Below are positions 11,105-22,509 of a DNA stretch of 64,000 nt, piece by piece; the stretch's first letter is position 1, and each line of letters begins with the position of its first letter. Source of the stretch: Heterodontus francisci (Eukaryota); assembly GCF_036365525.1 (NCBI RefSeq), contig NC_090418.1, forward strand, positions 7,480,304-7,544,303, written 5' to 3'. The position numbers and the translations under genes were made by a program. Below the pieces are notes generated by a model. The model was not told the DNA's origin. It worked only from the letters and a program-made list of their open reading frames with translations, and did no database searches.

Positions 11105-11320
11105 CTGGGATCTTTTCCAGCCACCTGAGAGGGCAGACGGAGCCTCCAGTTAGAATCGCCTCTGAAAAATGGCACCGCCAACAGTGCGGTATTCCCTCAG
11201 TATCTGCACCAGGAGCGTCAGCCTGGACTTTGTGCTCAAGTCTCTGGAGTGGGTTTCAAACCCAGGACCTCGTGACTCAGAGGTGGGGCGGGGTGGGCTA
11301 CCCAGCGAGCCAAGGCTGAG
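11105..11320 (-). mobile_element. Deu-domain SINE fragment (SacSINE1/AmnSINE-like)
   Basis: GGGATCTTTT..CCACCTGAGAGGGCAGACGG..CTCAAGTCTCTGGAGTGGG is the reverse complement of the Deu core as recalled; recurs at 20170, 22510 and 28520. Confidence 0.65.
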
Positions 11321-12514
11321 ACAAGGTGTGCGAGGCCTCTGGGCTGCAACTGCAGCCTGTGGCCTAGGCAGGTTTCGTCGCTCGCTCCTGCAGTCGGGAC
11401 GTTCTTAATCATTTCGATATCAGCTGTGAGGCGGCTTCCGCTGTTAACTCGGTGGTGGATGTTAAAATAAGAGCAGGGTTCACCCGAGGCAAGAAACGAC
11501 AGAGGAGCTGACCCCCATCGACAAACCGGTTGCCATGGACACGAGGAGGCCTTCCGCCATTACCATCACGAAACCTCAGTGGCTGTCACGGGCAACAAAG
11601 GTTTCCTGGTCACCATTAGACATTTTAATTCCAGGTTTTATTAATTAAGTTCACATTTCAGCAGCTGCCGTGATGGGATTCGAACCCACATCCCCAGGGC
11701 ATTAGCAGGGGCCTCTGGCTACTAGTCCAGTGACTCTACCGCCGTGCCAGCGCCTCTCCCAACGCGAGGAAACTTACGGGAATACGACCAACCAGAGTTG
11801 GTGCCCTTCACCTCACCCCACCCCGAGAGGACAACTGCAAGATGTCATTCGCACTGGGCAGCGAATGGGATGGAAGACAGGATTGTAGATGGGACGGTGG
11901 GATTGGTGGGAGACGCACGGAACTCAGGTCTGTCACAGGAAGAGTACGCGTGCAACAAAGTGTTGGAAACATTCCAGTGAAGGCAGAGATTGATGATAAG
12001 ATCATAACGTAGATCAGGAAAGCGTGCCCACTTTTCAGTATGTTGCAATATGGGCCATAATGACTCCGTGACCCTCCTCAATTTTAACCCTCCCTCCCTA
12101 CCGAGGCTGATGAGACCTCCCTGACTACCAGTCCCCACCAGCTGAGATGGGCCAACCCGGGGCGTACCTGTCCCAGCAGTGTCGAGAATCATGAAATCAC
12201 CCAGCGCAGATGGAGGCCATTCGGCACTTCGCGGCCCTGTGCTGTCGCTTGGAACGTGAGCAGCTCCTCACTCTCTGTTGGGTAAACCTCTCCACCCTGC
12301 ACTCGGCCTTAGGAAAACCACCGACTATTTTGCAACCAAGGGAGTGTTCAGAGGCTGATACTGGCGTTGGGGTTTTGGTTAAAGGGTTAAATTAAGAGGA
12401 CAACGTTGGGGCTGTATTTCCTTGAGTTTAGACAGTTGAGTTGTTGCAAATGATAGAGGGTAGACCAGGCTCAAAGGGCCGAATGGCCTACTGCTACCCC
12501 CATTTCTCATGTTC

Positions 12515-12838
12515 TCAGGCAGAGAAACTATTTCGTCTGGTGGGGCTAGTCCAGAATAAGGGGGCAGAATGTTAAAATTAGGGCCAGGCTGTTCAGGGGT
12601 GATGTCAGGAAGCACTTCTTCACACAAAGGAGAGTGGGAATCGGGAACTGCCTCCCCGCAAAAAGCTGTTGAGGCTGGAGTGTGGTCGATTAAGCTTCCA
12701 AGACTGCGACTGATAGATTTTTTTGTTGGGTAAGGATATCGTGGATTCAGAAGTAAATGGGTTTAAGTCAAATCAGATGTGATCTAATTGAATGGTGCAG
12801 CAGAATCAAGCGGCCGAATGGCCTCCTCCTGTTCCTAT
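12515..12838 (+). mobile_element. CR1 LINE 3' fragment
   Basis: GATGTCAGGAAGCACTTCTTCACACAAAGG...GGCCGAATGGCCTCCTCCTGTTCCTATG tail. Confidence 0.75.
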
Positions 12839-13129
12839 GGCCAGTCACCCTGACCTGCATTTGACGTGCAGTCATCAGTCTAAAACTGAGCAAAATCTCA
12901 TGTTCTGCAACAGCTGCTGTCTTGAGTCATGATGTTAATTTGGAAAACACTGCAGAAAGTGCCGGAAATGTGCAACATCTGAAACAAGAGGGGAGGGGGG
13001 GGGGGGGGGGGGTGAAGTTCAACTTTGGTGAACAATGCAAAATTTCCCTGGGGCGTTATAATGGGTGGCCGATTCCCTTAGGGTCCCTTTTGTGCTGACT
13101 GCCATAGTTGAATTGCAACCTCTCTTTTC

Positions 13130-13785
13130 CAGAGAGAGAAAGAGACATAGAGAATGAAACAGAGAGGCAGACAATGAGTCAGACAGAGAGACTCAGAGAC
13201 AGATAGGCAGACAGACAAGAGGGAGCAAGAGAGAAAGGCACAGAGAGATATTGAGTGAGAGATAGCAACAGAGAGACAGTCAAGAGAGACAGAAAGAGTG
13301 AGACATGGAGATTGAGAGGGAGACAGAGAAACAGACAATGAGTCAGACAAAGAGAGACTCAGAGACAGAGAGGCAGATAGATAAAGACAGACATAGGGAG
13401 CAAGACAGAAAGAGTCGGATAGAGACAGAGAAAAGCAAGACAGAGAGACAGTCAAGAGAGACAGAGAGAGTGAGACAGAGAGACAGACAAGAGGGACAGA
13501 GACAGTGAGGGCGAGACAGAGAGACAGAAGAGAGAGAGACAAACAAGAGAGAGACAGAGAGTGAGATAATGAGTCAGGCAGAGAGACTCAGAGACACAGA
13601 GGCAGACAGATAGAGACAGACAATAGGGAGCAAGACAGATAGAGACAGAGAAAGCAAGACAGAGAGACAGAGACAAAGACAGGGAGAAGCAAAGACAGCG
13701 AAACACAGAAAGAGACAGATGGTGACAGAAACAGAGACAGGCAAGGGAGAGACAGATACTGACAGAGGCAGAGACTGAGAGTAAG
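13130..13785. repeat. AG-rich low-complexity tract (GAGA/GACA), with an internal ~140-nt duplication
   Basis: Purine-rich GAGACAGA runs; ACAATGAGTCAGACA...GAGACTCAGAGACAG recurs at ~13170 and ~13335. Confidence 0.9.
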
Positions 13786-14357
13786 AGTTTGAAAAGATGC
13801 TGCCGTGAGCAAGAAATCAAACAAAAAGCAGAAATTAAACAGACGATTTGGGCCTGAGCAGGATCCAGGTGGGTATGTTGTTAAAATGGTCTGGAGTCTC
13901 ACCCGCTGATGACCCACTCCGCTTCTGCTGTCTACTCATTCAACCTGCTGTCATGAGAGGCTGCAAGAACTGTCTGAAACCAGCCGGGTCCTTTAAACGT
14001 GCAAAGCATGGCCAGCTGCTATTTTAACTGGTCGCCCGGCACCTGCCAGCAAGGAAACCATTCATTAATCGGTCATAGAATCATGGAATGATACAGCACA
14101 GAAGGAGGCCATTCGGCCCATCGTGTCTGTGCTAGCTCTGTTGAAAGTGCTATCCAATTAATCCCACTTCACCATCCACCCTCCCCACCCCTGACCCCGC
14201 TCTTTCCTTTCCATGTTTACTAAGTCTCCTTTTGTAAGTTATTATTGAATCTGCTTCCAACGCCCTTTCAGACAGCACATTCCAGAAGGATCTGAAACAA
14301 TCAGAAATATAAGAAGAGGAACTCAGTGAGGCAAAGGGTGCAGGCGGTCAGCTGCAG

Positions 14358-14900
14358 TAGAGTCATAGAGTCGTACAGCATAGAAACAGGCCCTTCGGCC
14401 CACCACGTCCAAGCGGACCATAATACCTATCTATACTAATCCCACCTGCCTGCATTAATTCCATATCCCTCTATGCCTTGCTCATTCAAGTACCTGTCCA
14501 GATGCCTCTTAAATGTTGCTACTGTTCCTGCCTCCACCACCTCCTCAGGCAGCTCACTCCAGATACCCACTATTCTTTGTGTGAAAAAATTACCCCTTTG
14601 ATCCCCTTTAAACCTCCTCCCTCTCACCTTAAATCTATGTCCTCTAGTTTTAGTCACCCCTACCATGGGAAACAGACTCTGGCTATCTACCCTATCTATG
14701 CCTCTCATAATTTTATATACCTCTGATCATGTCCCCTCTCAGCCTCCTTCGCTCCAGGGAAAACAGACCCAGCCTATCCAATCTCTCTTTATAACACAAG
14801 CCCTCCAAACCAGGCAACATCCTTGTGAGTCTTTTCTGCACCCTCTCTAGCTTAATCACATCTTTCCTGTAGTGCGGGCGACCAGAACTGCACACAGTAC
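14358..14900 (-). mobile_element. CR1 (HER1-like) LINE 3' fragment
   Basis: Minus frames give LERVQKRLTRMLPGL..LFSLERRRLRGDMI and TRGHRFKVRG..FFTQRIVGIWSELP, typical CR1 ORF2 C-terminal motifs; tail shared with the V-SINE. Confidence 0.9.
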
Positions 14901-15211
14901 TTGTCAGCTGTGGCTCAGTGGGTTAGTATTCATAACACTGACTCAGAAGATCATGGAGTTCAAGTCCCAAATTGCTGTGTAGCCAATTTCAGGGCTGCTG
15001 CAGAAAAACTACTCACCAGTATAGCCAGGCTGGCAATGGGAAGGACTGCCCTTGTCAAATAGCAGGGGGTTTTCGTCCCCCAGTTATACCCTCTCAACTC
15101 TGGAAGGACGACAGACTGTAATACTTTCACAGCCTAACATCAGACTATGCCAGCAGTCTGCACTGTCGTCAGTATCTCTATACTTACCCTGTCTATTCCT
15201 TGTCTTCACAG

Positions 15212-15239
15212 AGAACATCAGACAAGTGAGCATGCGGGA
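15212..15239 (+). CDS. PILRA-like inhibitory receptor, exon 4 (cytoplasmic micro-exon)
   Basis: Acceptor TGTCTTCACAG, donor GA|GTAAGT; 28 nt, phase 1 to 2; ENIRQVSMR. The phases fit both neighbouring exons. Confidence 0.8.
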
Positions 15240-15259
15240 GTAAGTACCAATTAATAATA

Positions 15260-15960
15260 TACCATATGTTAACACTCCTGTATATATAATATAATAACAC
15301 ACTGTGTGTTACTGGGAGTAATACTGTAAATATTATATAATAACACACTGTGTATTACCGAATATAACACTGTATATATAACACACTGTTACTGAATATA
15401 ACATTGTAACTATTATATCACACTGTGTGTTACGCTGAGTATATAACACACTGTGTATTATTATATATAACACCGTATATGTAATATGTTTATGTTTAGA
15501 GATACAGCACTGAAACAGGCCCTTCGGCCCACTGAGTCTGTGCCGACCCATCAACCACCCATATATACTAATCCTACACTTTTCCCATATTCCTACCACA
15601 TCCCCACCTGTCCCTATATTTCCCTACCACCTACCTATACTAGGGGCAATTTATAATGGCCAATTTACCTACCAACCTGCAAGTCTTTTGGCAGGAAACC
15701 GGAGCACCCGGAGGAAACCCACGCAGACACAGGGAGAAGTTGCAAACTCCACACAGGCAGTACCCGGAATTGAACCCGGGTCGCTGGAGCTGTGAGGCCG
15801 CGGTGCTAACCACTGCGCCACTGTGCCGCCACTGTGCTTTAATGGGTGTAATACTGTGTATATTATGTAATAACACACTGTGCGTTACTGGGTGTAACAC
15901 TGTATATTATATAATATGCACTGTGCGTTACTGGGTGTAACACTCCTGTGTATATAACTG
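15260..15960. repeat. Degenerate AT-rich tandem repeat (TATAATAACACACTGTGTGTTACTG-like), interrupted by a SINE
   Basis: Same motif on both sides of the SINE (15260-15490 and 15830-15960). Confidence 0.75.
15495..15829 (-). mobile_element. V-SINE (HE1-like)
   Basis: Near-identical to the copy at 10567-10925, with A and B boxes. Confidence 0.9.
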
Positions 15961-16027
15961 AACTTACTTTGTGTCACAGTGCTTTTGTACGTAATCTCAT
16001 CCTCTCTGTGCTCTCTCTTTTCCACAG

Positions 16028-16080
16028 TATCTCAGCTCTGAGTAAGAATCGGTCCATTGACCTGGATCAACAGCAGAAAG
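16028..16080 (+). CDS. PILRA-like inhibitory receptor, exon 5
   Basis: Long pyrimidine tract + CACAG, donor AAG|GTACAG; 53 nt, phase 2 to 1; DISALSKNRSIDLDQQQK. Confidence 0.8.
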
Positions 16081-16892
16081 GTACAGTGTGTCCATTCGGA
16101 ACATCGGAACACTTGCTCGCACTGCCAGTAACTGAGCCGCGAGTTAAAGACAGAAATATCCGAGTCAGCCATGCCCCACACTCCTCCTTTCTGATCAGCC
16201 AAACCTCGAGTAACCCTTCACAGTGCTGCCACCCCAATCACCTCACTATTGCCAGTCTGTACAGCAGTCGAAGTACAAATGATGCCAATACTCTGGGGCA
16301 CGGGAGAGGAGAAATGTGCCCAGGCTTTGCACAGTTACCCCTGCAAAAAGGCCTGCATGCATGCAGCCTTATATCCAGTCCTGGCCCTAATGTTTTATCT
16401 TGTTAACCCACCCGTTGGCACTCACTGGCTTTGTTTTTCTAATTTGCTCTTGGGTTGCGGGCATCGCTGGCATTTATGCCAATCCCGGGATGCCCTGAAA
16501 AGGTGCTTGGGGGGGGGGGCGGGGGGGGGTGGTGGAGGCCTCCTCCTTGAACTGCTACAGTCCCCGTGGCGAAGGTGCTGCTGGCAGTGGGTATTAGGGT
16601 GGGAATTCTAGGAGAATGACCCAGCCATGAGGAAGGAGTGGCAATTTAGGATGAGTGTGTGGGTTGGGACGGAAATTGGAGGTGACCACGTTTCAATGAC
16701 ATTGCTGATTTCTGTCCTTCTCAATGGTAGGTAGCAAGGCCTCATAACACATCCATGCTAACTGTAGGCCAGTGAGGACCTGCAGTACAGGAAGGGTGAG
16801 AACGGGCAGAAAATGGAGGAAGAAAATGCCTTGGTGCAAGACGATGGACAATATAACAGGTCTCTAATGTGCTGTCTGCTTTTATATTTCAG

Positions 16893-16936
16893 ATCCTTCC
16901 AACCAATCCCAACCTAATAATGCGCCTGCTGGGAAG
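16893..16936 (+). CDS. PILRA-like inhibitory receptor, exon 6
   Basis: Acceptor TATTTCAG, donor AAG|GTAAGA; 44 nt, phase 1 to 0; DPSNQSQPNNAPAGK. Confidence 0.8.
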
Positions 16937-17211
16937 GTAAGACAATTCCTGTGCTGGAGCGGGAGTGGGTATAGAGACTAACCAATCAAAAGCTTTGTTT
17001 TCATTGGCTTTGGGGATCTCATGCAGAACTGCCCCTCAGAAAATTAAACGGCTGAGGTACTTGTCCATCATTAGTTAGAATGTAGAACTAGTCTGATGGG
17101 CAAAATGGACTTGACGCACTCTAGATGTTGGTCTGTTCTTATCGCACAGCAATTGGACCAGAGAATGTTCAGAGCATAAACATTCTGAACCCAGACCCAT
17201 GAAAATAAGAA

Positions 17212-17890
17212 CATAAGAACGTGAGAAATAGGAGAAGGTGTGGGCCATTGGCCCCTCAAGCTTGCTCCGCTAATTCAATATGGCTGATCTTCCACCTCAA
17301 CTTCATCTTCCCACCCTGTTCCCATATCCCTCAATTCCCTAAAGTGTCCAAAAATCTATCGATCTCTGTATTCAATGTACTCAACGACTGAACATCCACT
17401 GCTCTCTAGGATCGAGAATTCCAAAGATTGACGACCCACTGAGCGAAAAAATGTCTCCGCATCTCAGCCCTAAATGGCCGACCCCTTATTCTGAGACTGT
17501 GACCCCCTAGCTCTAAAATCCCCAGCCAGAGGTAACATCCGCCCTGCATCTAGGAGGTGACTTCTCCTGGGAACATAGGACTTGGGAGCAGGAGTAGGCC
17601 ATTCGGCCCTTCAGGGTTGCTGTGCCACTCAATAAGATCACCTCTCATTCTTCTAAACTCCAATAAGTATAGGCCCAACCTGTTCGACCTTTCGTCATGA
17701 GATAAGCCCTTCATACCCGGAATGAATCAAGTGAACCTTCTCTGAACTGCTTCTAACGCAATTATATCCTTTTTCAAATAAGGAGACCAAAACTGTGCAC
17801 AGTACTCCAGATGTGGTCTAAACCCAAGGGAATATAGGCCCAGTCTACTCAATCTCTCCTCATCGAGCAATCACTTCATCCCAGGAATCA
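17212..17890 (-). mobile_element. Adjacent decayed CR1 LINE 3' fragments
   Basis: ACATAAGAAC..AATAGGAG..GGCCATT tails at 17212 and ~17570 plus CR1 body (ACTGTGCACAGTACTCCAGATGTGGTC). Confidence 0.7.
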
Positions 17891-18099
17891 ATCGATGTAA
17901 ATATTTGTCACACTCCCTCAAAAGCGAGAAAGTGGTCACAATATCAACATCCAAAACCTTCACCCACAGCTATCTAGTCCTAGAATATAAAGAAATGCCA
18001 ATATTCTGTCACCCTATTGTTGCGGGGTGCTGAAAGGATACTCCCACAATAGCAATGCAATCCCATCTAATTTTCCATTAAAACTCAAGTTGAGGCCAC

Positions 18100-18381
18100 A
18101 GTCTGAACATAAGGGGTCGGCCATTTAGGACAGAGATGAGGAGACATTTCTTCACTCAGAGAGTTGTGAATCTTTGGAATTCTCTACCCCAGAGAACTGT
18201 GGATGTTCAGTCCTTGGGCATATTCAAGAGTGAGATCGATAGGCTTTTGGGCTCTGAGGGATTTAGAGATACGGGGATAGGGCGGGAAGATGGAGTTGAG
18301 GTGAAGATCAGCCATGGTCTTGCTGAACGGTGACACAAGCTTGAAGGGCCGAACGGCCGACTCCTGTTCCTAGTTCTTATG
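18100..18381 (+). mobile_element. CR1 LINE 3' fragment
   Basis: MRRHFFTQRVVNLWNSLP and tail GGGCCGAACGGCCGACTCCTGTTCCTAGTTCTTATG. Confidence 0.85.
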
Positions 18382-18651
18382 TTAAGTTCACAGAATGAGA
18401 GTTTTGGGGTAATTTTTGTTTCGTAGGGCTCTTTGTCTCAAGGCTCCAGCAATCTTTCAGTTTCAAGGTCGCACAATCTACCAAGACAGTGTTTTGGGGT
18501 CGAAGACTACAAACAGGCTCCTTTAATGGAGAAGAGGAACTTCAACTCCTCCGTGACACAAATAGCACAGTTTCACAAAACATTTGGTAAAATTAAGCAA
18601 CTTTCCTCTCAACAGGATGATTGACAAATGTTGTGGTCAGTCTCTTTTTTT

Positions 18652-20112
18652 TATTCTTTCATGGGATGTGGGCGTTGCTGGTTAGGCCAGCATTTATTGC
18701 TCATCCCTAATTTCCCATGAGAATCACAGAATAATACAGCGCAGAAAAGGCCCTTCGGCCCATCGAGTCTGCACCGATGCATTAAAGACACTTTAGTGTC
18801 GGGTGAGAAGGTGGTGGTGAGCTGCAGTCCATATGAGGTACTTACACCCTCAGTGCTGTTAGGAAGGGAGTTCCAGGATTTTGACCCAGCGACAGTGAAG
18901 GAACGGCGATATAGTTCCAAGTCAGGATGGTGTGTGGCTTGGAGGGGAACTTGCAGGTGGTGGTGTTCCCATGCATCTACTGTCTTTGTCCTTCGTGGTG
19001 GTAGAGGTCGCGGGTTTGGAAGGTGCTGTCTAAGGAGTCTTGGTGCGTTGCTGCAGTGCATCTTGTAGATGGTACACACTGCTGCCACTGTGCATCAGTG
19101 GTGGAGGGAGTGAATGTTTGTGGATGGGGTGCCAATCAAGCGGGCTGCTTTGTCCTGGATGGTGTCGAGCATCTTGAGTGTTGTTGGAGCTGCACCCATC
19201 CAGGCAAGTGGAGAGTATTCCATCACACTCCTGACTTGTGCCTTGTAGATGGTGGAGAGTCTTTGGGGAGTCAGGAGGTGAGTTACTCGCCTCAGGATTC
19301 CTAGCCTCTGACCTGCTCTTGTAGCCACGGTATTTATATGGCTACTCCAGTTCAATTTCTGGTCAATAGTAACCCCCAAGATGTTGTTAGTGGGGGATTC
19401 AGCGATGGTAATGACATTGAATATCAAGGAGAGATGGTTAGATTCTCTCTTGTTGGAGATGGTCATTGCCTGGCACTTGTGTGGCGCAAATATTACTTGC
19501 CACTTATCAGCCCAAGCTTGGATATTGTCCAGGTCTTGCTGCATTTCTACATGGACTGCTTCAGTATCTGAGGAGACATGAATGGTGCTGAACATTGTGC
19601 AATCATCAGTGAACATCCGCACTTCTGACCTAATGATTGAAGGAAGGTCATTGATGAAGCAGCTGAAGATGGTCAGGCCTAGGACACTACCCTGAGGAAC
19701 TACTGCAGTGATGTCCTGGAGCTGAGATGATTGACCTCCAACAACCACAACCATCTTCCTTTGTGCTAGATATGACTCCAACCAGTGGAGAGTTTTCCCC
19801 GATTCCCACTGACTCCAGTTTTGCTGGGGCTCCCTAATGCCATACTCGGTCAAATGCTGCTTTGATATCAAGGGCAGTCACTCTCACCTCACCTCTTGAG
19901 TTCAGCTCTTTTGTCCATGTTTGAACCAAGGCTGTAATGAGGTCAGGAGCTGAGCGGCCCTGGCAGAACCCAAACTGAGCATCACTGAGCCAGTTATTGC
20001 TAAGCAGGTGTTGCTTGATGGCTCTGTTGATGACACCTTCCATCACTTTACTGATAATTGAGAGTGGACTGATGGGGCGGTAATTGGCGGGTTGGACTTG
20101 TCCTGCCTGTCT
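18652..20112 (-). mobile_element. LINE (same family as 1872-3075), the longest copy here, RT domain with frameshifts
   Basis: PANYRPISPLSIISKVME, AQFGFCQG, ALDIKAAFDRVWH, VPQGSVLG, MFTDDCTMF. Confidence 0.92.
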
Positions 20113-20169
20113 GTCATAATGTGCTATCAGGGGAAGCTTTCCCTCTGAACATAGGGGTGGAACGTCTAG

Positions 20170-20520
20170 GAATGAATTAGAAATGTGGCCATCAATTTGC
20201 ACATGGCGAGCTCCCACAAACAGCACTGTGATAATGACCGGATCATCTGATTTTGGGATGTTGTTTGAGGGAGAATATTGACAGGGGGACACCACCACAG
20301 TTCTTCTTTGAAATAGTACTATGGGATCTCTTACAGCCAGCTGAGAGAGCGGACAGGACTGCAGTTTAACATCTCCTCCAAACCACAGCATTCCCCTCAG
20401 TACCAGCATGGACACATTTTGCGTTATAATGGCTCAGTACTGCAGTGGAAGTGCCAGCATGAACGTTGTGTTCAAGTCCCTGGAGGGGACAGCCTGCTGC
20501 CTCAGAGGTGAGTTCACTAC
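20170..20520 (-). mobile_element. Deu-domain SINE fragment
   Basis: CCCACAAACAGCACTGTGATAATGACC..CTTCTTTGAAATAGTACTATGGGATCT..CTGAGAGAGCGGAC. Confidence 0.6.
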
Positions 20521-20787
20521 CCGCTGGGACACACCTTTCCCGGATGCTCAATGGGTGAGGCGCAGTTTTGAGAATCTTACTTCCTACCAGACACTGACAA
20601 AGATTCAATCGCACCAGCGATGGACAAGGACAATCCCTGATGTATGTGTGAAAACAGGGACGATGACGCTGAGCTAATTATACCCTACAGTCCCGGGATT
20701 CCCTCAACCGCCCCCACTTCCCAGGTGTCTTCTCTAGAACAGAGCACCCGAAACCAGGCAATCGAGGGAGCCCATTTCTTTTTTTTC

Positions 20788-21116
20788 TTAGCGATACAGC
20801 ACTGAAACAGGCCCTTCGGCCCACCGAGTCTGTGCCGACCATTAACCACCCATTTATACTAACCCTACACTAATTCCATATTCCTACCACATCCCCACCT
20901 GTCCCTATATTTCCCTATCACCTACCTATACTAGGGGCAATTTACAATGGCCAATTTACCTATCAACCTGCAAGTCTTTTGGCTGTGGGAGGAAACCGGA
21001 GCACCCGGAGGAAACCCACGCAGACACAGGGAGAACTTGCAAACTCCACACAGGCTGTACCCAGAATTGAACCCGGGTCACCGGAGCTGTGAGGCTGCGG
21101 TGCTAACCACTGCGCC
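20788..21116 (-). mobile_element. V-SINE (HE1-like)
   Basis: Near-identical to the other three copies. Confidence 0.9.
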
Positions 21117-21713
21117 CGTTATTAACATTTATTCTCAGGATGTGCGCGTCACTGGTGAGGCTGACATTTATTGCCCTTCCCTCGAGGCCCTGAGCAGCTG
21201 GTGGTCTTCTTGGACCACCGGGTGCAAGCTAGGCTGCCTCAGAGGGCGGTTAATAGTCAATTGGTGGTGAACTGGAGTCACGTGTAGGCCCAGGAAGGCC
21301 AGTTGGCTTCCCTAAAGGATGGCGGTGAACCAGTCAGTTTCCTTTCACAGCTTCAAAGTTAATTCTTCCCATTAGACTTTTTTTTTTTTAAAAACTGACT
21401 CCGATTTGCAAACTGCCCACTGGATTTGGCTTCACATTCGCTGGATTATTAACCAAGTGACTTAATCACTACGCTTCGACTGACCCTCCAGTCTCACCAG
21501 CTTTTATGGGGGGAAAGAGTTCCAAATTCCCGCTCCCCTTTGTGTGAAGAAGTGCTTCCTGAACAGCCTGGCTCAAAGGTTCTGCCCCCCCCCTTGTTCT
21601 GGACCACCCCCCCCCAACCAGAGGATATAGTTTCTCTCTATTGACCCTACCAACTCCTTTAATCATCTTGAGCACCCCTTAATCCTCCACCCTCTGTTCC
21701 ATTTCTCTTGCAG

Positions 21714-21845
21714 GAAAATGATTTAGAAGGGATTGTCTATGCGACACTACATGTCAAAGAAAGTTCAGAAACAACAATCAATGCCTTGTCATCAGAGGTG
21801 CATATTGTATATGCAGCTGTGAAGTTCCATGCTGAGACTAACTAG
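21714..21845 (+). CDS. PILRA-like inhibitory receptor, exon 7 (two ITIMs and stop)
   Basis: Acceptor TTTCTCTTGCAG, phase 0; ENDLEGIVYATLHVKESSETTINALSSEVHIVYAAVKFHAETN* (TAG 21843-21845). ITIMs at 21732-21749 and 21804-21821; GIVYATL parallels the recalled human PILRA GIVYASL. Spliced CDS is 834 nt = 277 aa. Confidence 0.92.
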   Translation, partial: ENDLEGIVYATLHVKESSETTINALSSEVHIVYAAVKFHAETN

Positions 21846-22509
21846 ACTTCCTCTGTTCAGCGGCCACTCTTTGAACTATGGCGCCTACATAACTCGAGGG
21901 AATTTGCACGAGTATTGCCGCACCAACCTACAAATATCTCTTCATCGCCTTTGATTGGAGTCTCCCCTTCTGATGACTTGAGTACGCCAACCTGCTGGCA
22001 CTGACTGGGTGGGGTCCAGGAAATACCAGGCTAACTCGCCAAGTCGATGCCAGCTTCGCACAGGAATACGATGGCACCTTTGCCCTCACCGCCTCGCCCA
22101 CCCACCCACCGTCCTCATTTAAGAGCCGGACGGTGCGATCGCAAGAAACGGTGCAGCTGAGTGACCGTCTTAAAAAGCAGCCACTGGCTGGCTGGCTCCC
22201 GATGCCGGCTGCTGGGAAGATGGGAGCCGGGGAGAGGACAGAACTCAGGCTTGGGTGTGAAGGCCCCTGCAGTTGAATAGCCTGACGCGGGTTCACTGCC
22301 TCAGCCTGCACGTGAACAACAGGTGGCGGATGTGGTTCTATTTTTCACATAAAGGTCCATCTCTCGGCGTTGGTCAGTCAATGGTGAGGTCTCTCGGTGG
22401 CTTGACTTTCGTTGTCGGCTGTGTTAGACCAACTGAGTGCATTAGTCCAATTATATAGCTTCAGAAGACAGAGATAAATTAACTTGTCGGTTTTATTACT
22501 AAAAAGAAA

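Noticed and set aside
13078-13917. Ser/Leu/Cys-rich and Arg/Glu-rich ORFs
   Set aside because: They are translations of the AG-rich low-complexity tract.
19095-20415. Intact reverse transcriptase gene
   Set aside because: 5'-truncated, frameshifted and without an endonuclease domain; a dead LINE copy.
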